Of a stretch of DNA of 64,000 nucleotides, positions 8,546 through 18,418 are shown piece by piece (position 1 is the stretch's first letter; the number at the start of each line of letters is the position of its first letter). The stretch comes from Candidatus Omnitrophota bacterium (GTDB lineage Bacteria > Omnitrophota > Gorgyraeia > B26-G9): NCBI GenBank assembly GCA_043805415.1, contig JAZDHZ010000021.1, positions 8,127 to 72,126 on the forward strand. The letters are read 5' to 3'. Under the pieces are notes generated by a model. It saw only the letters and a list, made by a program, of their open reading frames with translations. It was not told the DNA's origin and did no database searches. Both the position numbers and the translations under genes were made by a program.

Positions 8546-10774
8546 ATGACTGCTATTGATATTATCGGAGCTGGAAAATTAATTATGGATAGAAAAATTG
8601 ATGCCCGGGTAATACGCCTGCTTAAAGAAAAAAAGAATTTAGATGAGGAAGATCTCAAAAATTGTTTTATTAAAGCGGAAAAAAAACAAAATTCTCCTAT
8701 TCCTGAAATAGCTGCTAGCACTCAAATCTCAGAAGTTGAATTGCTGGAAATAATTGCTGAGGATTTCCGCACCGAATATGTGGATTTACGCAATAGTTTA
8801 ATCGAGAAATCCTTGATCAAAAAAGTGCCGGTTAAAATCGCTGCCTATTATAAATTTGCTCCTTTAAGTATTGAAAATAGACTTTTGACAATTGCCCGGG
8901 CTTATCCGCTTGATATTAAAATACTTGATGAGATAAGAACGCATCTTGGTTATAGCGTAAAAGTAGTTTTAAGCACTGAGCAGGATGTTAATGAAATGCT
9001 TAAAAAATACTATGGTTTGGGAGCTTCGACTGTAGAAAAGATTATTGCCCAAAAGGCTTATGAGCATGTTACCAGCAAAAAAACCGATGATTTAGTTGAT
9101 GATCTTGAAGAAATCGGGGAGTCAACCTCTGTTATCCAGCTTGTTAACCAGATAATCCTTGAAGCTTACACAAAACGGGCAACAGATATTCATATCGAGC
9201 CGTATCGGAATAAACTGCGGCTGCGTTATCGGATTGATGGGATTCTTTATGATGCCAATGTATCTCCAGAGATAAATAATTTCCTTATTCCGATATTATC
9301 CCGGATCAAGCTCATGTCTAATTTGAATATTGTGGAAAAGCGTGTTCCCCAGGATGGCAGAGCGATTGTTCAAGTTCAAGGACAGACTGTTGATCTGCGC
9401 GTATCTTTTATTCCGACTCCTCATGGAGAGAGTGTGGTAATTAGAATATTGCCGACAGTTATGTTATTTGGCTTGGATAGATTAGGCTTAACCCCGGAAG
9501 AACTTGATTTTTTTAAAGAATTAATCAATAAGCCGCATGGAATTATTTTTGTTACCGGCCCTACGGGTAGTGGAAAAACAACAACGCTTTACGCGTGCTT
9601 ATCAAATATAAATACTAATGAGCGTAAAATAATAACCATTGAAGACCCGATTGAGTATGAGCTGGAAGGCATAACCCAAATCCAAATAACTCCGGAAGTG
9701 GGACTTGATTTTTCTCGGGGCCTTAGGAGCATGCTGCGTCATGATCCGGATGTTATGATGGTCGGAGAAGTAAGAGATTTGGAAACAGCGGAAATCGCGA
9801 TAAGAGTCGCGCTTACCGGTCATCTTGTTTTCTCAACATTACATACTAATGATGCTGCCAGCGGGATAACTCGGTTGATTGATATTGGGCTTGAACCTTA
9901 CCTGGTTGCCTCAAGTGTCGATGCTTTTATTGCCCAGCGTTTGCTCAGACTTAATTGTCCGCATTGTAAGGCTGAAGATACTCAGGTTGTGCCTGGGATA
10001 AAGGAACTGATATTAAGGGAACTTGGCAGAATCAATATTGAGGATATTAAGATCTATCGCAGTAAGGGTTGTCAGGCTTGTAATTTTACGGGTTTTTATG
10101 GAAGAACAGCAATTCATGAGATATTAGTGTTAAATGAGAAATTAAAAGCGCTTACATCGTCTAAAGCTTCAAGTGATGAAATTAAAAAATGCGCTGTATC
10201 AGATGGGATGAAGACATTACGTCAAAGCGGATGGCTAAAAGTGCTTGAAGGTGTGACAACCACTGATGAGGTTCTTAGAGTTACTCAGGCTGACGCGGTG
10301 CCAGATTATATGCGAGTATCCGAAGAGAAGGGATATGATTCAAGAACTGATGAAAAGCCATCTAAAATGCTTAGATTAGAGATTCCGAAACAGCCGGATA
10401 AAGCGGCTAAGCAAACTGATCAGCGGATTCATGAACGGATTGAAGATCAGTTATATGTTCACTATAAAATGTTTAAAACAAAGATAAAAGATTCTGGGGA
10501 AATAGAATACGAGCCAGAGCTTATTGGGGTTACTAAAAATATTAGCGCGGGCGGAGTATTATTAAATTCCGCGGAACAAATTTCTAAAGGAGTAATTCTT
10601 GATGTAAATATGGAAATGCCTCATGACGAAAGAAAAATAGAATGTCTGGCAAGGGTTATCCGCTGTACTGAGATTATTCCGAATAAGAATTATGAAATAG
10701 CGATTTGTTTTCTGGACTTAGCTAGTTCGGAAAGAAGCAGGCTTAATCGCTATATCAATAGAGTGAGCGCGTAA
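8546..10774 (+). CDS. GspE/PilB-family secretion ATPase with a C-terminal PilZ (c-di-GMP-binding type) domain
   Basis: N-terminal T2SE N-domain. Walker [14 protein letters not shown], Asp/His boxes, and tetracysteine motif CPHCK...CQACNFTG. The C-terminal ~110 aa carry RIHERIED (RxxxR) and NISAGGV ((D/N)xSxGG), which are the PilZ signatures. The start may instead be the ATG at 8585. Confidence 0.85.
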   Translation: MTAIDIIGAGKLIMDRKIDARVIRLLKEKKNLDEEDLKNCFIKAEKKQNSPIPEIAASTQISEVELLEIIAEDFRTEYVDLRNSLIEKSLIKKVPVKIAAYYKFAPLSIENRLLTIARAYPLDIKILDEIRTHLGYSVKVVLSTEQDVNEMLKKYYGLGASTVEKIIAQKAYEHVTSKKTDDLVDDLEEIGESTSVIQLVNQIILEAYTKRATDIHIEPYRNKLRLRYRIDGILYDANVSPEINNFLIPILSRIKLMSNLNIVEKRVPQDGRAIVQVQGQTVDLRVSFIPTPHGESVVIRILPTVMLFGLDRLGLTPEELDFFKELINKPHGIIFVTGPTGSGKTTTLYACLSNINTNERKIITIEDPIEYELEGITQIQITPEVGLDFSRGLRSMLRHDPDVMMVGEVRDLETAEIAIRVALTGHLVFSTLHTNDAASGITRLIDIGLEPYLVASSVDAFIAQRLLRLNCPHCKAEDTQVVPGIKELILRELGRINIEDIKIYRSKGCQACNFTGFYGRTAIHEILVLNEKLKALTSSKASSDEIKKCAVSDGMKTLRQSGWLKVLEGVTTTDEVLRVTQADAVPDYMRVSEEKGYDSRTDEKPSKMLRLEIPKQPDKAAKQTDQRIHERIEDQLYVHYKMFKTKIKDSGEIEYEPELIGVTKNISAGGVLLNSAEQISKGVILDVNMEMPHDERKIECLARVIRCTEIIPNKNYEIAICFLDLASSERSRLNRYINRVSA

Positions 10775-10783
10775 CTCAATTTT

Positions 10784-11686
10784 ATGTTAGAAAAGCGTGA
10801 GGCTTATAAATACAGAGCATTAAAACAAGATGGAGAGCTTATAGAAGGCATTGTTTATGCTCTTAATCAGCAAGAGGCTTTTGCTAAAATACTTGAGCAG
10901 GGATATACCCCTGAAATAATTGAAAAAACAGAGTTAGCAGATCAGCGGGCTTATGAACGCAAGCAAATAGAACTCGATTTTTTTTACAGTTTATTTGGCC
11001 AAAGAGCTAAAATAAAGCTGGCAGCAGTCAGCGTAGATAGTCCGGTTTTTAAAGCAAACTTTTTTGGAATTACCCAGAATATTAGTGCCGGAGGGTTGTT
11101 ATTTAATACTCCGCGGCAGTTGAATATCGGAACGATTATTAATGTAACTCTGGAACTGCCGGATGAAGATGCGAAAATTTATGCGCAATGCCGGGTTATC
11201 CGCTGTTATGAAATTGAACAAGATATTAAATATGAAATAGCGGTTTGTTTTTCTGAATTGCCGGAGCAAGGGAAAAAAATACTTAATTCAAAAATAAGAA
11301 AAATCAGCCGGCATTTTGACCGGCGGGCTTACGAACGGTTTAATCAAGAAACAAAATTATACTTTGATTTTCATAAGCTGGAGCAAGTTGAAGAAAAACC
11401 GCAGATTGTGGAAAAAGAAAATAAGTTTGCGGGAAAAACAATTGATCTCAGCGCCGGGGGTATGTTTTTCAGCGGTGCTCTAGAGCTTAAAAAAGATCAG
11501 GTTATTGAACTTGAAATCAGGTTTGAAACGGAAAAAAAAACAATTCAGACTTTGGGCAAGGTGGTGCGTTCCATTGAAGTGCCGAACAGCAATAAAATGT
11601 TATTTCATACTGCTGTTTTTTTTCTTAATATTTCTAATTCCGATAAGAATTGGCTTAATAGGTATGTAATGGATTACAATGGATAG
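10784..11686 (+). CDS. PilC/GspF N-terminal-domain-like module fused to two tandem PilZ domains
   Basis: The N-terminus YKYRALKQDGELIEGIVYALNQQEAFAKILEQGYTPEIIEK parallels the N-termini of both PilC proteins in this window. Two PilZ signatures follow: RAYERKQIE/NISAGG and RRAYERFNQE/DLSAGG. No TM segments. Confidence 0.7.
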   Translation: MLEKREAYKYRALKQDGELIEGIVYALNQQEAFAKILEQGYTPEIIEKTELADQRAYERKQIELDFFYSLFGQRAKIKLAAVSVDSPVFKANFFGITQNISAGGLLFNTPRQLNIGTIINVTLELPDEDAKIYAQCRVIRCYEIEQDIKYEIAVCFSELPEQGKKILNSKIRKISRHFDRRAYERFNQETKLYFDFHKLEQVEEKPQIVEKENKFAGKTIDLSAGGMFFSGALELKKDQVIELEIRFETEKKTIQTLGKVVRSIEVPNSNKMLFHTAVFFLNISNSDKNWLNRYVMDYNG

Positions 11687-11697
11687 GATGTAACTCT

Positions 11698-12186
11698 ATG
11701 GGTGTTTATAAATATAAGGCAACAAAGAGTACTACCGGGGGAACAATTGAATCCATAATCTACGCGGATAGCGCTGAGGAAGCTTTTGAAAAAATAATGG
11801 AAATGGGCTATGCTCCTGAAAAAATAGAGGAAATCAATGCGCCTGATCGTCGGGTAAATGAACGCTTGGAAATAGGACTGAAAATTATTTATAGCCGGTT
11901 TAAGCCTGGCCAGGAGCCGCGGAAAACAAGAGAAGGTTCAACGAGTAATCTCAGCTCAGGAGGGCTGCTTTTTAAAGCTGAACAATCTTATGACAAAGGA
12001 ACAATTTTGGACCTTGAATTGGAATTGCCCGAAGGTATCGAGAATATCAAGTGTTTGGCAAGAGTTATTCGCTGTGATAAAATAGGGCAAGAAGAGCGTC
12101 AGTATAATGTTGCTGCATGTTTTTTAGATCTGCCTAATTCAGAACGTTCAAGAATTAATGATTATATAAACCAACAAAAAAGATAG
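11698..12186 (+). CDS. PilC/GspF N-terminal-domain-like module fused to one PilZ domain
   Basis: YKYKATKSTTGGTIESIIYADSAEEAFEKIMEMGYAPEKIEE, then RRVNERLE/NLSSGG. The C-terminal box CLARVIRC...SERSRINDYIN is nearly identical to the PilZ tail of the 8546 ATPase. Confidence 0.7.
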   Translation: MGVYKYKATKSTTGGTIESIIYADSAEEAFEKIMEMGYAPEKIEEINAPDRRVNERLEIGLKIIYSRFKPGQEPRKTREGSTSNLSSGGLLFKAEQSYDKGTILDLELELPEGIENIKCLARVIRCDKIGQEERQYNVAACFLDLPNSERSRINDYINQQKR

Positions 12187-12195
12187 ACAAGAAAA

Positions 12196-13419
12196 ATGAG
12201 CTTATATAAATACAAAGCTAAAAAAGGTCCAAATAAGATTATTAACTCTGTTATTAATGCTGTATCTCGCCAAGAAGCAATTGAGAAGATAAGCGAGATG
12301 GGATATCTTCCGATGTCGATAGAAGAAGTTCGCGAGGGGGAATCAGCCGCTTTTTCCAGCAAAAAGCTAATCCGCGTGAAACTAAGGTCAAAGCAAATAA
12401 CTGTTTTTACCAGACAGCTGGCAATATTGCTGCGTTCCGGGGTGCCGATTCTTAAAGGACTATTAATCTTAGCAGACCAAGCGCTTAATCCTGATTTTAA
12501 AGCGATATTAAACACAATTAATGCTCAGATAAAAGACGGAAATTCTCTATCCGCAGCCTTGGCGGCTTTCCCGAATATTTTTTCAGCGCTTTATGTGTCT
12601 TTGGTTTGCGCTGGCGAAGACAGCGGCACTTTAGAAACTTCTTTGCTGAGGATTGCTGAATACAGACAAAAACAAGAACAAATTTTTATGAATATTAAAA
12701 CCGCGCTTACATACCCGATTTTAATGGCTTTAGTGGGCATGGGAACAATTATATTTATGCTTACTTTTGTTATGCCCAGGCTGTTAGGAATTTTTGCCAG
12801 ACTAGGTCAAGAATTACCGCTGCCCACAAAAATACTTATTAGTATCAGTAACTTTCTAACTCAGGGATGGGTTTGGGTGATTATTGTGTGTATTGGTTTA
12901 AGCTTAGTGCTCTATTTCAAAAACAATACTCCATCAAGGAGAAGAAAATTATTTATTAGCCGGCTAAAATTAAAACTTCCTATTTTCGGAGAGGTTTTTT
13001 TAAAAGCCGAACTGGCCAGATTTAGCCGGACGCTTGAGCTTTTATTAAAGAGCGGAGTTCATGTTCTCGCTGCCTTGCAAAGAAGCATTCCGATAATTGA
13101 AAACGAAATAATGCAGGATGAGTTAAAGAAAGCTTATCTGGCGATTGAACAAGGAGAATCTTTTGGAGCAACGCTTGACCAATCGGCTGTTTTTCCCAAA
13201 TTCATGGTTAACCTTATTAGCGTGGGTGAAGAATCGGGTAATTTAGAAGAAGCGCTTAAGGAATTGGCGCTTACTTATGAAAATGAAACTGATGAAGCCG
13301 TAAAATTCATGACAAACCTTTTAGAGCCGATGATGATTTTAGTTATGGGCATTGTTGTTGGTTTTATAATTATCTCAATGCTCTTACCTGTATTTCAATT
13401 AAATGTAATGGTTAATTAA
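12196..13419 (+). CDS. Type II secretion / type IV pilus platform protein (GspF/PilC)
   Basis: 407 aa with two T2SF repeats, three TM segments, and the N-terminal YKYKAKKG...GYLPMSIEE domain. Confidence 0.9.
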   Translation: MSLYKYKAKKGPNKIINSVINAVSRQEAIEKISEMGYLPMSIEEVREGESAAFSSKKLIRVKLRSKQITVFTRQLAILLRSGVPILKGLLILADQALNPDFKAILNTINAQIKDGNSLSAALAAFPNIFSALYVSLVCAGEDSGTLETSLLRIAEYRQKQEQIFMNIKTALTYPILMALVGMGTIIFMLTFVMPRLLGIFARLGQELPLPTKILISISNFLTQGWVWVIIVCIGLSLVLYFKNNTPSRRRKLFISRLKLKLPIFGEVFLKAELARFSRTLELLLKSGVHVLAALQRSIPIIENEIMQDELKKAYLAIEQGESFGATLDQSAVFPKFMVNLISVGEESGNLEEALKELALTYENETDEAVKFMTNLLEPMMILVMGIVVGFIIISMLLPVFQLNVMVN

Positions 13420-13420
13420 A

Positions 13421-14284
13421 TTGAAAATTAAAAAAATAGTAATGTTTATTTCTTTTTTTGGGCTGATAGCTGTTTCCGCTTTGACTTTTGCCAAACAAGA
13501 TTGGGCGCAAGTAAGTTCAGATCATTTTGTGGTTTATTATAATGAGATATATGAAAATTTCGCCAGCGATGTATCAAGAAAAGCAGAAGAATATTATAAC
13601 TCTATAGCGGATGATTTAGGCTATGTTCGCTATTCTAATTTCTGGAAATGGGATAAAAGAGTAAAAATATATATATATCCAGATCATATTTCTTATCTTA
13701 GCGCAACCGATCAGCAGAGTTGGTCGCATGGGATTGCTGATTATTACAAGAAGGAAATAATTAGTTATGCTTGGGGTAAAGATTTCTTAAAATCTCTTTT
13801 ACCGCATGAAATGGCGCATCTAATATTCAGGGATTTTGTGGGATTTAAATCCGAGATCCCTTTATGGCTTGATGAAGGGGTTGCTCAATGGGAAGAAACG
13901 GATTTAAAAGCGCAAAGACTTTCGATGATAAAACAGCAAGCCAGACAAAATATTCTTTTACCGATAGAGACAATGATCGACCTGGACATAAGAACAATAA
14001 AAACTGATCAGAAGATAAGCATTAAAGCCATGGCTATTGATGATGCTCAGACTCCATTGCTTGAAATGGATGGCAATGCTCTGGTCAATATTTACTATCT
14101 GCAATCTTTTTCTCTGGTTGGATTTTTGATGGAAAGATATGGATCGGATAGCTTTGTTGTTTTTAGCCGCCAGTTGCGTGATGGTAAGCCGATCAGTGAT
14201 GCTCTGAAATTTGCTTATCCGCAGCAATTGCGGAGTATTGAGGAGCTGGAAAAACAATGGAAACAATATTTATTAAGTAATTGA
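13421..14284 (+). CDS. Secreted zinc metallopeptidase-like protein (HEXXH...E, peptidase MA-like)
   Basis: Signal peptide MKIKKIVMFISFFGLIAVSALTFA. HEMAH with a downstream E in WLDEGVAQWEE. TTG start 1 nt after the pilC stop (coupled). Confidence 0.55.
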   Translation: MKIKKIVMFISFFGLIAVSALTFAKQDWAQVSSDHFVVYYNEIYENFASDVSRKAEEYYNSIADDLGYVRYSNFWKWDKRVKIYIYPDHISYLSATDQQSWSHGIADYYKKEIISYAWGKDFLKSLLPHEMAHLIFRDFVGFKSEIPLWLDEGVAQWEETDLKAQRLSMIKQQARQNILLPIETMIDLDIRTIKTDQKISIKAMAIDDAQTPLLEMDGNALVNIYYLQSFSLVGFLMERYGSDSFVVFSRQLRDGKPISDALKFAYPQQLRSIEELEKQWKQYLLSN

Positions 14285-14312
14285 ATAATTTAATATAAAT
14301 GGGGGATATTAT

Positions 14313-14717
14313 ATGAAAAAAAAACAAGGTTTTACACTAATAGAATTAATGCTGGTTGTAATTATAATAAGCGCATTGGCCGCTATGGTGCTGCCGCGGC
14401 TTGCTGGTCGTTCTGAACAAGCAAGAACTGCTGCCGCCAATGCTGATATTAACGCGAATATCGCGACAGGTTTAAAACTCTATGAGCTGGATAATGGTCA
14501 GTTTCCTACAACAGCAGAAGGATTACAGGCACTTTTGAGTAAGCCGGCTACTGCCAATAACTGGAATGGGCCTTATATTGAAAAAGATCCGATTGACCCA
14601 TGGGGAAGAAAATACGAGTACAAATCTCCGGGACAGAATCGGCCGCAAGATTATGATCTTTTTTCTTTAGGTAGAGATGCTCAGCCTAGCGAAGATGATG
14701 TGAATAATTGGAAATAA
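14313..14717 (+). CDS. Major pseudopilin GspG-like (type IV pilin-fold)
   Basis: Prepilin N-terminus KKKQGFTLIELMLVV. The GspG-like tail DPWGRKYEYKSPGQNRPQDYDLFSLGRDAQP corresponds to the GspG 'DPWGNPYQY...YDL.SLG.DG' block. Confidence 0.85.
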   Translation: MKKKQGFTLIELMLVVIIISALAAMVLPRLAGRSEQARTAAANADINANIATGLKLYELDNGQFPTTAEGLQALLSKPATANNWNGPYIEKDPIDPWGRKYEYKSPGQNRPQDYDLFSLGRDAQPSEDDVNNWK

Positions 14718-14718
14718 T

Positions 14719-15201
14719 ATGTTATTTATCCCGGATTTTAGGTTTAAAAAATTATTTAGGGTTAAATCAGTAAACATAAACTCTGCCAATAAGAAAGCTT
14801 TTACACTGGTTGAGGTGCTTGTTTCATCAGTTATTCTCTCAGTAGGATTGGTAATAATTTTTGAAGTATTTCTTTCTTCGCTTGATATTGTGAATTTAGT
14901 GAATAATCGGTTAAATGCCCAGTTGTTTATAAATGAAAAAATCTGGCAGTTGCAAAGTAATTTAGACCGGCAAAGCGGTATGTTTATTCCAATGAAACAG
15001 TCTGGTTCGGTTATGCTGGGAAACAAGGAATTTAAATGGCAGTTAGATATGGAATTAGTGGATATTTCTCAGGAGCTGTATAAAGTTAGCGGGCAAATGA
15101 ATTGGTTGTCTGGCAGTAAACAAAAAATGATTAAACGCCAAGTAATGGTAAAAAGTTGTTTTAGTAATGCCAATCCTTGGAAAGATCATAATAGATTATG
15201 A
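14719..15201 (+). CDS. Minor pseudopilin (GspH/GspI-like)
   Basis: Prepilin-type N-terminus KAFTLVEVLVSSVILSVGLVII, small size, and position after gspG. Confidence 0.6.
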   Translation: MLFIPDFRFKKLFRVKSVNINSANKKAFTLVEVLVSSVILSVGLVIIFEVFLSSLDIVNLVNNRLNAQLFINEKIWQLQSNLDRQSGMFIPMKQSGSVMLGNKEFKWQLDMELVDISQELYKVSGQMNWLSGSKQKMIKRQVMVKSCFSNANPWKDHNRL

Positions 15202-15821
15202 AAAAGAAAAGAAAATGTTCAGCTTTGACATTTATAGAAATGCTTTTAGCCACAGCAATGGTAAGTGTTATAGCTGTTGCTTTATATGGGATGATTTCCA
15301 ATGGATTGAAAGTTTGGCAGATTGTTAACCAAGAGTCTCCGCAGATTAATTCCAACATTTTTTTTGAAAAGATAAACATGGAATTGAAAAATGCGATTGG
15401 TTTCGAAGGCATTGATTTTGTCGGTGATGAAAGCAGTTTTTCTTTTGGCTGTGTTGCCAGAACAGCTGAATCTGACAACGGTTTTAATCAGGGGATTGGG
15501 CGGGTAAAATATTTTTATGATCAGGGGTTAAATTCGTTTTATAGGCAATACGCGGATTATGAGCAATTGTTGTCCCTAGAGCAGCCTCAAGCGCGGAGTT
15601 TGCTTGAAAATGTAAATAATGTTTCATTGAGCTATTATTTTTATGATGATCAAAAAGAAACATTTTTATGGAACAATACTTGGCCGCCAGAATCATTAGC
15701 TAAACTAAATAAGCGAGCTTTGCCTTTGGCTGTTCGTGTGGCAATTGTGTTTACAACAGAAGAAACCATCTCAAAAAGAATAAAAACAATGGATATTCCG
15801 ATTGGCGCTATTGAGTATTAA
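15198..15821 (+). CDS. Minor pseudopilin (GspJ-like)
   Basis: SALTFIEMLLATAMVSVIAVAL prepilin N-terminus, 207 aa, with a 4-nt overlap on the previous gene. Confidence 0.6.
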   Translation: MKKKRKCSALTFIEMLLATAMVSVIAVALYGMISNGLKVWQIVNQESPQINSNIFFEKINMELKNAIGFEGIDFVGDESSFSFGCVARTAESDNGFNQGIGRVKYFYDQGLNSFYRQYADYEQLLSLEQPQARSLLENVNNVSLSYYFYDDQKETFLWNNTWPPESLAKLNKRALPLAVRVAIVFTTEETISKRIKTMDIPIGAIEY

Positions 15822-15849
15822 AATTTAGCGCGCGATAACAACGAACTTT

Positions 15850-16962
15850 ATGGCAAAAAATAAAATAAAAGTAAGTAAAAAAGGAAGTGTTTTAGTGCTA
15901 GTGTTATGGGCGCTTGGACTTTTGACTGTTTTTGCTGTATACTTAGGAGTCGGGGTAAGAGCGCGGATTGATTTTTTAGATAGAATGGAAACTCGGAGTA
16001 AAACGTACAATATAGCTGAAGCTGGAATAAAGCAAGCTATATCCGAAATCGGCAACTTTGAAAAGAAAAGATCCTATCTTGCGCTTAAGGACAAATGTTT
16101 AAATAATATGAAGAAGTTTTTTCTTGCGAGCCTTGATGCCGGGGAGTTTACAGTCGGGTATGAATATCGGGCAGATGATTTTTCTCTAGGACAAGGCAGT
16201 GAGCAGAAAACAATGTATGGGGCTTGTGATGTTCAAGCAATGCTGAATATAAATACCGCGGACCAAAAAGAACTGATTGCTTTATTTATTGAGACAGCTG
16301 AGATTGAGACTGATAATGCGGATGTGATCGCTTCTTCGATTATTGATTGGCGAGATGAAGATAATAACTCTTTGGCTAAAGGAGCCGAAGATCAATATTA
16401 TCGCGGTTTAAAAAACGCGTATAAATGTAAAAATAGCAGCTTTGTTTCTATTGAAGAGTTGCGTTATGTAAAGGGAATGAATTATAATATCTATAAGGAT
16501 ATTGAGCCATATATAACGGTATTTGGGGCAGGAACAGTTAATATAAATACCGCGTCAAGTAAAGTATTAAAGGCTTTAGGCTTAAGTGAGGCTTTAACTA
16601 AGAAAATAATAAATTACCGTTGTGGTCAAGATGAAATAGAAGCAAATGGTGATGATCAAGTATTTGAAAATTTAAGCTCGGTTGTTGCCAAACTGTCTCA
16701 GGTAGAATCACTTTCTGCCAGTGAAGTTGCTCAGTTAAGTAATTTAGTTGCCGCGGGACGGTTGACCATTTTTTCAAATACGTTTTTAATCCAAAGCCGG
16801 GCAAGCTTAAAAAATAAACAAGATATTTGCCGGATTAAGTGTGTTTTTGAAAAAGATTTGGATGAAAATTCTAGGAAAGCGGGTCTGATTTTAAGTTGGC
16901 GAACGGATTATTTTAAATCAGCACAGATTAATCAGTTAGAAGGGGAGTATGAAGTTTGGTAA
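15850..16962 (+). CDS. Minor pseudopilin GspK-like
   Basis: KKGSVLVLVLWALGLLTVFAVYLG resembles the GspK N-terminus (…ALLIVLWVL…). ~370 aa with two helix-hairpin-like regions. Confidence 0.55.
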   Translation: MAKNKIKVSKKGSVLVLVLWALGLLTVFAVYLGVGVRARIDFLDRMETRSKTYNIAEAGIKQAISEIGNFEKKRSYLALKDKCLNNMKKFFLASLDAGEFTVGYEYRADDFSLGQGSEQKTMYGACDVQAMLNINTADQKELIALFIETAEIETDNADVIASSIIDWRDEDNNSLAKGAEDQYYRGLKNAYKCKNSSFVSIEELRYVKGMNYNIYKDIEPYITVFGAGTVNINTASSKVLKALGLSEALTKKIINYRCGQDEIEANGDDQVFENLSSVVAKLSQVESLSASEVAQLSNLVAAGRLTIFSNTFLIQSRASLKNKQDICRIKCVFEKDLDENSRKAGLILSWRTDYFKSAQINQLEGEYEVW

Positions 16963-18388
16963 ACACAAAGATATAATTGGCATAGATTTCTCAGCGGATC
17001 AGCTTACTATTTCTCAGCTGAAAATTTCAAGCAAGGATAGATCGTTTATTAATCTGGCTCAATATCCTATTGCTGGAGCTAACGAAGATGAAATAGCGCA
17101 AATGATTATTAAGGCTTTTAAGGATTTAAATATTAAAAATCCTTATGTTATTAATGTTATTCCCTTGCATTTGACAATAACAAAAAATCTTGAAATCCCA
17201 TCTCTAGACGTAAAAGAAATAAAGGAAATTATTGATCTCCAGTCTGGACGGCAGACGCCTTATGCCCGGGAAGAGATTATAGTCGATTATATAAATATTG
17301 GAACATACCGCCAGAGCTATACAAAAATTCTGCTGGTAATTGTAACCCGCACGGCGATTAAAAAACAATTCGATGTAATGGAAAAAGCGGGTTTGAAAAT
17401 TGAAAAGATAGTTTTTGCTCCAGAAGGAGTAAGCAGGGCATGTTATAGCCAGATTAAAAAAGAAGTAAAAGATTTACCGGTTGTTATGGTTCATATTGAT
17501 TCAGATTTTACGGACTTTATCGTTGCGCTGAAAGGTGTGCCGATTTTTACAAGAAATATTCCAATAGGAGTTAAACATCTCGCTAATGACCAGACTAAAT
17601 CTGAAACTAAGTTTATTGAGGAATTAAAAAACTCGCTAGAGACCTATCAATCTGAAGACATTGATAAATCTCCGCAGTTATTAGTATTAACCGGAGCAAC
17701 CGAAAAGATTGAACAATTAGAAAAACTGCTTATTACCGAACTGCACATACCAATACAAATAATTCCTTATTTTAATGTTATTCCTTTGGCTACTGATTTA
17801 GCAAGCATGCCGACACTTACAAGAAGCGTGTCTTTTTTTAATATCACCGCGGCTTGCTTATTTTCAAAACTGATGAAAGTAAGTCTTATTCCTGAGGAAA
17901 TAAAATTAAAGCGGGCTTTTGAAGAGCGGGCTCAAGAACTAATTAAAATGAGCATCTATATAATATGTTTAATGCTTATTGCCGGAAGTTTTTTTGTAAG
18001 CGAACTTTACTTTAAAGGCCAATATCTTAAAACGCTTAAAAAGAAAAACGCAATCACTAATCAAGAGGCTCAAATTCTGGAAAAAGCTATGGAAAAAATG
18101 CGGATCGTTAAGCATTACCTGGCAAACAGAGGATATGGCTTAGAAGTGGTCGCGGCAATTTATGATATATTGCCAAAAGAGGTTATGCTTACAAATATAA
18201 AAATGGATACAGAGAGAAAACTGCATTTAAAAGGAACCGCGCGGGCGATGTCAAATGTATTTTCATTTGTCAGCGCATTAGAAGCGTCGGATTATTTCAG
18301 CAATGTAAAGACTAATTATACTACTTCCCGTAAAAAGGATGACGAGGATTGGGCGGATTTCGGGATTTCTTGTGTTTTGGAAAAATAG
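16949..18388 (+). CDS. GspL-like / PilM-PilN fusion (cytoplasmic actin-like domain, TM helix, periplasmic domain)
   Basis: IIGIDFSADQLTISQL is an actin-like N-terminal motif. A mid-protein TM follows (MSIYIICLMLIAGSFFV), with SLIPEE (PilN-like INLLP) just before it. Confidence 0.65.
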   Translation: MKFGKHKDIIGIDFSADQLTISQLKISSKDRSFINLAQYPIAGANEDEIAQMIIKAFKDLNIKNPYVINVIPLHLTITKNLEIPSLDVKEIKEIIDLQSGRQTPYAREEIIVDYINIGTYRQSYTKILLVIVTRTAIKKQFDVMEKAGLKIEKIVFAPEGVSRACYSQIKKEVKDLPVVMVHIDSDFTDFIVALKGVPIFTRNIPIGVKHLANDQTKSETKFIEELKNSLETYQSEDIDKSPQLLVLTGATEKIEQLEKLLITELHIPIQIIPYFNVIPLATDLASMPTLTRSVSFFNITAACLFSKLMKVSLIPEEIKLKRAFEERAQELIKMSIYIICLMLIAGSFFVSELYFKGQYLKTLKKKNAITNQEAQILEKAMEKMRIVKHYLANRGYGLEVVAAIYDILPKEVMLTNIKMDTERKLHLKGTARAMSNVFSFVSALEASDYFSNVKTNYTTSRKKDDEDWADFGISCVLEK

Positions 18389-18418
18389 GACTAAAAATAA
18401 TATATTCAGGGACTAAAT

